From positions 1 through 44,077 of the forward strand of contig JACPCX010000181.1 of assembly GCA_016184305.1 (NCBI GenBank): a stretch of DNA of 44,077 nt, written 5' to 3'. The position numbers were made by a program, and so were the translations under genes. The stretch is from Candidatus Rokuibacteriota bacterium. GTDB lineage: Bacteria; Methylomirabilota; Methylomirabilia; Rokubacteriales; CSP1-6. This document shows, piece after piece, positions 37,144 to 44,077 of this stretch. The notes under the pieces were generated by a model. It saw only the letters and a list, made by a program, of their open reading frames with translations, made no database searches and was not told where the DNA came from. Each line of letters begins with the position of its first letter. Within the stretch, counting starts at the first letter, position 1.

Positions 37144-38028
37144 ATGCGCGTGATCGGGGCGGTGGTGGCGTCGCTCAGACCCAAGCAGTGGGTCAAGAAC
37201 CTCTTCGTCTTCGCCGGCGTGATCTTCTCCCAGCAGCTCTTCACGCCGCTCTTCTGGCCGGCGCTCGGCGCCTTCGCCCTCTTCTGCGTGCTCTCGGGCT
37301 CGATGTATCTCCTCAACGACGTGGCGGACGCCGAGAAGGACCGCCTGCACCCCACCAAGCGATTCCGCCCGGTGGCCTCCGGCGCGCTGCCACGTGGCGG
37401 CGCCCTGGCGCTGGGAGTCGGGCTCCTCGTGGCGAGCCTCGCCGGGTCCGTCGCCCTCTCGTGGCGGTTCGGCCTCGTGGCGGCGGGCTACGGGGTGCTC
37501 CTTACCGCTTACTCTCTGTGGCTCAAGCACCTGGTGATCCTGGATGTGCTCGCGGTGGCGGTGGGCTTCGTGCTCCGGGCCGTGGCCGGGGCCGTGGCCA
37601 TCGACGTGGAGATCTCCGGCTGGTTGCTCATCTGCACCGTCCTGATCGCGCTCTTCCTGGCCGTCGGCAAGCGCCGCCACGAGTACCTGACGCTGTCGGG
37701 GAACGCGGCGGCCCACCGCCCGATCCTGGCGGAGTACAGCGAGGGATTCCTCGATCAGATGATCGCCGTCGTCACCGCCTCCACCGTCACGGCCTATGCG
37801 CTCTACACGATGTCGCCCGAGACCGTGGCCAAGTTCCACACCCGGCTCCTGCCACTCACGCTGCCGTTCGTGCTCTACGGCATCTTCCGCTATCTGTATC
37901 TGCTCTACCGCCGGCAGCTCGGCGGCAATCCATCCGATCTCCTGCTCAGCGACCGCGCGCTCCTCCTGAACACGGTGCTCTGGATGCTCTCGCTGCTCGT
38001 GCTCATCTACGCGCCGTGGGCCCGCTGA
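37144..38028 (+). CDS. Decaprenyl-phosphate phosphoribosyltransferase (UbiA family, Rv3806c/NoeC-like)
   Basis: RPKQWVKNLFVF, YLLNDVADAEKDRLHPTKRFRPVASG, GFVLRAVAG and KRRHE. Confidence 0.9.
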   Translation: MRVIGAVVASLRPKQWVKNLFVFAGVIFSQQLFTPLFWPALGAFALFCVLSGSMYLLNDVADAEKDRLHPTKRFRPVASGALPRGGALALGVGLLVASLAGSVALSWRFGLVAAGYGVLLTAYSLWLKHLVILDVLAVAVGFVLRAVAGAVAIDVEISGWLLICTVLIALFLAVGKRRHEYLTLSGNAAAHRPILAEYSEGFLDQMIAVVTASTVTAYALYTMSPETVAKFHTRLLPLTLPFVLYGIFRYLYLLYRRQLGGNPSDLLLSDRALLLNTVLWMLSLLVLIYAPWAR

Positions 38029-39365
38029 TCTCGCGCGTCGAGCCGGTAGCCGGCTGGGGCCGCCGGCCCGTGCGCCCCGGCCGCGTGGCGCGCCCGGACC
38101 GTCTCTGCCCTGTCGCTCCCGCCGAGCCTCGCATCCTGGCGCGGGGGCTCGGGCGCGCCTACGGCGATGCGGCGGTGCCCTCGAGCGATGAGGCCCTCGT
38201 GCTGGAGACCACGCGGGCCGACCGCATCCTCGGCTGGGACCCGGCCGCAGGGCGGCTCCGCTGCGAGGCGGGGCTCAACCTGGCCGAGATCCTCCGCGTC
38301 TTCCTCCCGCGCGGCTGGTTCCCGCCGGTCACCCCGGGGACGCAGGCCGTGACGGTGGGCGGCTGCGTCGCCTGCGATGTCCACGGCAAGAACCATCACC
38401 GGGACGGCTCCTTCGGCCGCTTCGTGGAGCGGATCACCCTGCTCGTGGCCGACGGGCGCGTCGTGGAGTGCGGGCCCGACCTCGAGCGGGAGCTCTTCCT
38501 GGCCACGGTGGGCGGCATGGGGCTCACCGGGATCATCGTCGAGGTGACGCTCCGTCTCCGCCCCGTGGAGAGCCCCTGGATGGCGGTCGAGACCGAGGGC
38601 GTCGCGGATCTGGCGGCGATGGTGGCGGGGCTCGAGCAAGCCGCGCGAGACTGGCCCTACACGGTGGGGTGGATCGACTGCCTGGCGCGGGGCCGGGCGC
38701 TCGGGCGCGGCGTGCTGATGCGTGGCCGCCACGCGACGCGCGCCGAGGCGGGCGCGCGGCGGCCCTCGCCGCGCCGCCCCTGGCGGTTCCCGCTGGATGC
38801 TCCGGAGTGGCTGCTGAGCCCGCCCCTCATGCGTCTCTTCAATCGGCTGTACCACTGGAGCCACGGCGGCCCCACGCGCCGGCGCCTGGTGTCCTACGAG
38901 TCGTTCTTCTACCCGCTCGACGCGGTCCGCGACTGGAACCGGATGTACGGGCCGCGCGGCTTCTTCCAGTACCAGTGCGTGGTGCCGCGGGCGGCGGGTC
39001 TCGGCGGGCTGAGCCGCCTGCTGGAGCGGCTCGCGGCGGCGGGAGCGGCCTCGTTCCTCGCCGTGATCAAGGACTGCGGCCCGGCGGGGGACGCCTATCT
39101 CTCCTTTCCCCTCGAGGGCGTGACCCTGGCGCTCGACCTGCCCTACCGCGGCCGCGCCACGGAGGCGCTGGTCCACGAGATGAACGCCGTGGTGATCGAG
39201 GCCGGGGGTCGCGTCTACCTCGCCAAGGATGCCGTCACGCGGGCGGAGGACTTCGAGAAGATGATGCCGCGCCTCAAGGAGTGGCAGGCCGTGCGCGACC
39301 TTTGGGATCCCGAGCGGCGCTTCCGCTCGGCCCTGTCGGCGCGTCTCTTCGGAGACCCGGAATGA
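38016..39365 (+). CDS. dprE1: DprE1-like FAD-linked oxidase (decaprenylphosphoryl-ribose 2'-oxidase)
   Basis: GWG, ARGLGRAYGDAA, PVTPGT, DVHGKNHH, GGMGLTGII, FFYPLD, WNRMYG, FFQYQ and GGRVYLAKD. Start approximate (GTG 38016). Confidence 0.88.
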   Translation: MGPLISRVEPVAGWGRRPVRPGRVARPDRLCPVAPAEPRILARGLGRAYGDAAVPSSDEALVLETTRADRILGWDPAAGRLRCEAGLNLAEILRVFLPRGWFPPVTPGTQAVTVGGCVACDVHGKNHHRDGSFGRFVERITLLVADGRVVECGPDLERELFLATVGGMGLTGIIVEVTLRLRPVESPWMAVETEGVADLAAMVAGLEQAARDWPYTVGWIDCLARGRALGRGVLMRGRHATRAEAGARRPSPRRPWRFPLDAPEWLLSPPLMRLFNRLYHWSHGGPTRRRLVSYESFFYPLDAVRDWNRMYGPRGFFQYQCVVPRAAGLGGLSRLLERLAAAGAASFLAVIKDCGPAGDAYLSFPLEGVTLALDLPYRGRATEALVHEMNAVVIEAGGRVYLAKDAVTRAEDFEKMMPRLKEWQAVRDLWDPERRFRSALSARLFGDPE

Positions 39366-40099
39366 GAGTGGCCTTCGTCGGCGCCACTCGCGGGATGGGC
39401 CGGGCGCTCGCGCGTCTGCTGGCCGAGCGCGGGGAGGCCCTCTGTCTCCTCGGCCGGAACGCGGCCGACCTGGAGGCCTCCGCGCGGGATCTCGAGGCCC
39501 GCGGAGCGCGAGGCCCCGTGCCCACGGCGGCGCTCGACCTCGCGCTGCCGGCGGGCTTCGAGGCGGCGCTCGCCGCGGCGGACGAGGCCCTCGGCGGCTT
39601 CGACACGCTCGTCGTGACGGGGGGCCTGGCCGATCGCCCCGAGGTGCTCCAGGGCAACATGGGTCGGCTCCACGAGGTGCTCCACGTGAACTTCACTGGG
39701 ACCGTGGTGCTGTGCCAGATGGCCGCCGAGCGGCTGGCCGCCCGCGGCGGCGGAAGGCTCTGCGTCTTCAGCAGCGTGGCCGGCGACCGCCCGCGGCGGA
39801 GCAACTACCTCTACGGCGCCTCCAAGGCCGGGCTCTCGGCCTTCCTCGAAGGGCTGGGTCACGCCTACGCCGAGCGCGGCGTGAGCGTGGTGTGCGTGAA
39901 GCCGGGCTTCGTCAAGACCGGCCTCACGGAAGGGCTGCCGGTGCCGCCCTTCGCCGGCGAGCCCGAGCCCGTGGCCCGGACGGTACTGAGGGCGCTCGAT
40001 GCCGGGCGGCGCGTGGTCTATGCCCCGCCCCTGTGGCGGTGGATCATGCTGGTCGTCCGCTCGCTGCCCCACGCCGTCATGCGCCGCATCCGCTTCTGA
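39362..40099 (+). CDS. dprE2: DprE2-like short-chain dehydrogenase/reductase
   Basis: GATRGMG, SSVAGDRPRRSNYLYGASKAG and KPGFVKT; directly follows dprE1. Confidence 0.82.
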   Translation: MRVAFVGATRGMGRALARLLAERGEALCLLGRNAADLEASARDLEARGARGPVPTAALDLALPAGFEAALAAADEALGGFDTLVVTGGLADRPEVLQGNMGRLHEVLHVNFTGTVVLCQMAAERLAARGGGRLCVFSSVAGDRPRRSNYLYGASKAGLSAFLEGLGHAYAERGVSVVCVKPGFVKTGLTEGLPVPPFAGEPEPVARTVLRALDAGRRVVYAPPLWRWIMLVVRSLPHAVMRRIRF

Positions 40100-40138
40100 G
40101 GCCGCGGCGCCACCCATCCCGGAACCACGGAGGTCGCC

Positions 40139-40969
40139 ATGACCGCTTCCCCGGTGCTCTACGCCCGAGACGGACGCATCGCGCGCATCACGCTGAACCG
40201 GCCCGAGAGGCTCAATGCCATCGACGACGAGATGCCGCGAGCGCTGCGCGGGGCCGTGGAGGAGGCCGGCCGCGACGAGGCCGTCCACATCATCGTGCTG
40301 TCCGGCGCCGGCCGGGCCTTCTGCGCGGGCTACGACCTCGCGCTCTACGCCGAGCGCCCGCGGCCCCAGGACTACAGCCAGGATCTCCCGTGGGACCCCA
40401 TGCTGGATTACCGAGGGATGAGCGAGAACACCGCCTGCTTCATGAGCCTCTGGCGGAGCCCGAAGCCGGTGATCTGCAAGGTGCATGGCTATGCCGTCGC
40501 GGGGGGCAGCGACATCGCCCTCTGCGCGGACGTGGTTGTCATGGCCGAGGACGCGCGCATGGGCTATCCGCCGGCGCGCGTCTGGGGGTGCCCCACGACG
40601 GCCATGTGGGTGTACCGGGTCGGGGCCGAGCAGGCGAAGCGCCTCCTCTTCACCGGCGACCTCATCACGGGCAGCGAGGCGGCGCGCATCGGGCTCGTGT
40701 CCGAGGCCGTGCCGGCCCTCGAGCTGGACGCCGCCGTGGAGCGGCTGGCCGCCCGGATGGCGGGGGTGCCGAAGAACCAGCTCATGATGCAGAAGCTCAT
40801 GGTCAACCAGACCTACGAGAACATGGGGCTCGCCGCGACGCAGATGCTCGCCACCGTGTTCGACGGCATCACCCGCCACACCCCGGAAGGCTTCGCCTTC
40901 AAGGCCCGCTGCGAGCAGGTGGGATTCAAGCAGGCCGTCCGGGAGCGGGACAGCGGCGAGCCAATCTAG
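40139..40969 (+). CDS. Crotonase/enoyl-CoA hydratase family protein
   Basis: [42 protein letters not shown] and AKRLLFTGD. Confidence 0.92.
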   Translation: MTASPVLYARDGRIARITLNRPERLNAIDDEMPRALRGAVEEAGRDEAVHIIVLSGAGRAFCAGYDLALYAERPRPQDYSQDLPWDPMLDYRGMSENTACFMSLWRSPKPVICKVHGYAVAGGSDIALCADVVVMAEDARMGYPPARVWGCPTTAMWVYRVGAEQAKRLLFTGDLITGSEAARIGLVSEAVPALELDAAVERLAARMAGVPKNQLMMQKLMVNQTYENMGLAATQMLATVFDGITRHTPEGFAFKARCEQVGFKQAVRERDSGEPI

Positions 40970-40972
40970 CCC

Positions 40973-41068
40973 ATCCTTGAGGTTGGCGCAGGCCCGCGCC
41001 ACCTCGCTGACTTCTGTGTAGGTCCGCACGGCCTCGACGGGGATGAGGGAGGCCCCCTCGGTCACAAG
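40973..41068 (-). pseudogene. Degenerate fragment resembling an IS1634/IS4-superfamily DDE transposase
   Basis: Translates LVTEGASLIPVEAVRTYTEVSEVARACANLKD. Single-base reversions give L-TPVEAVRTYKELSEVERAFANLKD, with Y..E7..K14 spacing. Recognised from memory, not by search. Confidence 0.55.
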
Positions 41069-41250
41069 GCCCGCCGATTCATGCCAAGGGGGCCCTCCAC
41101 GGCCAACGTCGCTCCGCTCCATTCACGCCCCCCCGACCGGCCAATTCACGATCGGCGACCCTCGCCCGGGCCGGATGAACTACGACACTGAGACGGATGC
41201 CTCATTGACGTCGACCTGGCTGAGCGACGAGAGTGCAACCTGAGCAAAGC

Positions 41251-41260
41251 TGGTATGCCA
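41251..41260. promoter_or_regulatory. Putative GntR/FCD operator
   Basis: Near-palindrome TGGTATGCCA ending 5 nt before the GntR start codon. Confidence 0.5.
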
Positions 41261-41265
41261 GAGAT

Positions 41266-41904
41266 ATGTCAGTCCAGGCGGTGACCCCGAGTCTCACCGA
41301 GCGCGTCTACCGGGCGCTTCGGCGCGACATCCTCTCCGGGGCCCTGAAGCCAGGCGACCCGATCCCCGTCAGGCTTCTCGCCCGGCGCTACCGTGCGAGC
41401 CGGACCCCCATCAGGGAAGCGCTCATCCGGCTGGCTCAGGAGGGGTTCGCGAACATCCACCCCCGGCGGGGTGTGTTCGCCACCGGCGTGTCGCTCAAGG
41501 AGCTCCACGAGGTCTTCCAGGTCCGCGAGATGCTGGAAGGCTTCGCCGCGCGGCTGGCGTGCCAGAACCCGGACAAGCAGGCGCTGGACGCCTTCGAGGA
41601 AGAGCTGGGGCTGGCGCGCAAGAGCGGGCGGTACCAGGACCTCATGGCTGTGGGGCTCAAGATCCACGAGTGGATTGGCGGGGCCTCCAACAACGCGACG
41701 CTCGCCGGCATCCTCGAGACGCTGCACGGCCACATGACCCGCATCTTCGCGATCTTCGTCACCAACCAGACCGTCGCCCAGGAGGCGTATGGACAGTATC
41801 AGGAGATCATCGACGCCATCCGCGACGGGAAGCCAGACGAGGCCGACAGGGCGATGCAGCGACACATCGCCCTCTGCAGGGAGCACTTGCTGAGGAGCGT
41901 GTGA
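41266..41904 (+). CDS. GntR-family transcriptional regulator (FCD domain)
   Basis: LRRDILSGALKPG, SRTPIREALIRL, FQVREMLEG and AMQRHI. Confidence 0.92.
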   Translation: MSVQAVTPSLTERVYRALRRDILSGALKPGDPIPVRLLARRYRASRTPIREALIRLAQEGFANIHPRRGVFATGVSLKELHEVFQVREMLEGFAARLACQNPDKQALDAFEEELGLARKSGRYQDLMAVGLKIHEWIGGASNNATLAGILETLHGHMTRIFAIFVTNQTVAQEAYGQYQEIIDAIRDGKPDEADRAMQRHIALCREHLLRSV

Positions 41905-41920
41905 GAAAGGAGCCAGCGAG

Positions 41921-43155
41921 ATGAGCCGATTGGAGATCGACGTCTGCGGAGTGAAGCTCAAGAACCCCCTCGTCGTCGCCTCGGCGACTCCCACGAAGAA
42001 CGCCGAGTTCTTCCGGCGGTCGTTCGAGAGCGGGGCGGCGGCGGCGGTGGCGAAGACCGTGATTCCCGACGAGATGGGCGGCCAGCCGATGCGCACCTAC
42101 GTGCGGCCGCGGTTCACGATTCTGAACAGGAAGGCCTACCCTCACTCCTTCACCCACTACTCCAGCGAGTTCGCCTGCGAGTACCGGCCGGAGGAGTGGA
42201 TGAACGAGCTCAAGCAGGCGAAGAAGTACGCTGAGGAGAACGATGCCCGGCTGATCGGAAGCATGGGCGCCATCTCGCTCGAGAACTGGCGGAACCTCGC
42301 GCGCGCTCACGAGGATGCCGGCTGCGACATGCTCGAAGCCTGGATGTTCGCGTGCCCGAACCTCTCCGGGGCGTCGATCTCGAGCTCGGGCGGTCTGTCT
42401 CTCGCCTTCGACCAGTGGGTGGACATGATCGGGACGGCCGTGCAGAGCGTCCGCATCCCCGTCTTCGTCAAGGTCGGTTCGGAGTTCGGGATCCACTCGA
42501 TCCTCGGCGGTGCCCATGCCGCCAGGAAGGGCGGCGCGGCAGGGGTGACGGTGGGCGACCGGACCTCGGCGCTGGAGGTCGATCTCAAGACAGGCCGGCC
42601 GTTGCTCGCCGGCGGGTTCTCGGGCTGCGGTGGCCCGTGGATGCGGCCCATCGTCCAGAAGTTCGTGGTCCGCGTGACCCAGGAGGTGGGTCTGCCCATC
42701 GCGTTCAGCGGCGGGATCTGGACTTGGGAGGATGTGGTGAAGGTGCTCATGGTCGGCTCGACGACCGTCCAGGTCTCACGGCCATCATGTACTCGAAGAA
42801 GGGTTACGGCATCATCCGCGACCTCGTCGGCGGCCTGGACCGCTATCTCGCCAAGAACGGCTACGCCTCGGTGAACGATCTCCGGGGGATTTCGCTGCCG
42901 CAGCTCAGGACCTTCGACACGCTGGAGCGCACCCCGAAGGGCGAGATCTACGTGGACGTGATCCGGGATCTCTGCGACGGCTGCGGTTACTGCTCGCACT
43001 GGTGCTACTACGACGCGATCACCTTCGGAACCGATCGCATCGCGATCGTCGACAAGGAGAAGTGCGACGGCTGCGGGCTCTGCCTGGCCCTCTGCCCGCA
43101 GGACGCCTTCGAGATGCAGGGGAGCGTCCCCGTCTACATGGGCCTCGAGTCGTAG
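41921..43155 (+). pseudogene. PreA-like (dihydropyrimidine/dihydroorotate dehydrogenase-family) FMN protein with C-terminal 2x[4Fe-4S]; 1-nt frameshift near 42776
   Basis: GVKLKNPLVVAS, AKT, ACPN, PVFVKV, SGGI and TVQV in frame 41921. TAIMY...CDGCGYC..CDGCGLC...CP continue in frame 42352..43155. The frameshift may be a sequencing error. Confidence 0.8.
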
Positions 43156-43195
43156 CGGCCGCCCGCGAAACGCACAGCGCCGAGGAGGGATCGAA

Positions 43196-44077
43196 ATGAG
43201 AGCCACGCGGAGTCTCGTCGTGTCGGTGTTGCTGACGCTGCTGGTGCTGCCGGGTCTGGCGCTCGGGGCGGGGGACCGCACCGGGGTGACCAGGGACACG
43301 ATCACGGTGGGGATGTTCGGCTTCTACACGGGTGCGGGTTCCTTCTATGGGACCGGCGCCCGGGACGGCGCCATGATGGTGATCAACGAGGTCAATGCAG
43401 CGGGCGGCGTTCACGGGCGCACCATCAAGGTCATCGTCGAGGACGACCGGAGCACGCCGGCCGGCTCCATCGCCGCCGCCCGCAAGCTCCTCCACAACGA
43501 CAAGGTCTTCGCCCTGATCAACCAGGGCGGATCCAATCCCTTCGTTGCCACGCTCCCGATCCTCAAGGAGTCCAACGTCCCCGTATTCGTCCAGATCCCG
43601 TCCTCCCCGAAGGTGACCCGGCCGTTCCACAAGACGATCTTCCGCGCCGCGTCCTTCAACGACCAGCTCCAGGGCTGGCTCCTGGCCGACTTCGTGATGC
43701 AGCACCTCAAGCCCGCGCGGGTGGGGATCCTCAACCAGTCCGACGACTACGGCAAGGTCGGCGCGCAGTACGTCATCGAGCGCTTGCAGGCCCAGCACAA
43801 GGTGACGCCGGTGGCGGTGGTCGAGCACGACCGCGACGCCACCGATCTCTCCGCCCAGGTGCTGAAGCTGAGGGAGGCGAAGCCGGACGTGGTGATTCTC
43901 TACACGTACCTCCGCCCCGGGGCCATCTACCTCCGGCAGGCGAAGGAGCTCGGCCTGAGCGCCAAGACGGTGGGCTCGGTGGCCTCCGGCCAGCGCGTGA
44001 CGGTGAGCCTGGCGGGCGAGTACGCCGAGGGGGCCATGTTCCTGACCTACATCCCCGTCATCGAGGAGTCCGACGAC
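43196..44077 (+). CDS. ABC transporter substrate-binding protein, branched-chain amino acid (LivJ/type 1) family (partial, runs off right edge)
   Basis: GAGGAGG RBS; signal peptide; ITVGMFG..TG, EVNAAGGVHGRTIKVIVEDD, DDYG and DLSAQVLKL. Confidence 0.9.
   Translation, partial: MRATRSLVVSVLLTLLVLPGLALGAGDRTGVTRDTITVGMFGFYTGAGSFYGTGARDGAMMVINEVNAAGGVHGRTIKVIVEDDRSTPAGSIAAARKLLHNDKVFALINQGGSNPFVATLPILKESNVPVFVQIPSSPKVTRPFHKTIFRAASFNDQLQGWLLADFVMQHLKPARVGILNQSDDYGKVGAQYVIERLQAQHKVTPVAVVEHDRDATDLSAQVLKLREAKPDVVILYTYLRPGAIYLRQAKELGLSAKTVGSVASGQRVTVSLAGEYAEGAMFLTYIPVIEESDD

Noticed and set aside
36171..38015. 1064-aa ORF N-terminal extension and the many long antisense or alternate-frame ORFs across the window
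   Set aside because: Arg/Pro/Gly-rich shadow frames typical of high-GC DNA, overlapping well-supported genes.
1..44077. Site-specific recombinase, reverse transcriptase (DGR/retron), tRNA or rRNA genes
   Set aside because: None recognisable. The two pilX C-termini differ at all base types and by indels, not adenine-specifically, so a DGR template/variable repeat pair is not supported.

Overview
GC-rich bacterial chromosomal window. Gene content suggests a diderm; a Candidatus Rokubacteria/Methylomirabilota origin is a guess, not verified. From left to right it holds: two tandem TMTC-like GT-C glycosyltransferases with TPR repeats; a single-domain response regulator, a lipoprotein and a CHASE2 class III adenylate cyclase; two DUF4845-like pilin-like paralogues; a minus-strand minor-pilin operon (pilV/pilW/pilX-like) under a consensus sigma54 promoter; a plus-strand type IV filament machine with MSHA-like gene order (pilM, pilN, pilO::pilP/mshK-like fusion, secretin, exeA/mshM, TPR, pilB/mshE, pilC) plus a PAS histidine kinase and sigma54 activator; housekeeping genes (mscS, galU, pncB, trpCFBA, accD, folC, lptD); a DegT aminotransferase and a polyprenyl-phospho-arabinose pathway (ubiA, dprE1, dprE2); a crotonase; and, after an IS scar, a GntR, a frameshifted PreA-like gene and an ABC binding protein. 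The most striking structure is the large PilX-like minor pilin. Its attached C-terminus is broken by a 59-bp deletion, while a diverged, intact alternative C-terminus lies 3 kb away in inverted orientation just upstream of pilM. Inverting about 7.88-10.93 kb through a 31-bp near-identical inverted block would rebuild a 633-aa in-frame pilin and align the operon with pilM. This is a candidate shufflon-like or phase-variable pilus-tip switch; no recombinase is present in the window. Four families of small palindromic or MITE-like repeats also occur, two of them inside reading frames.
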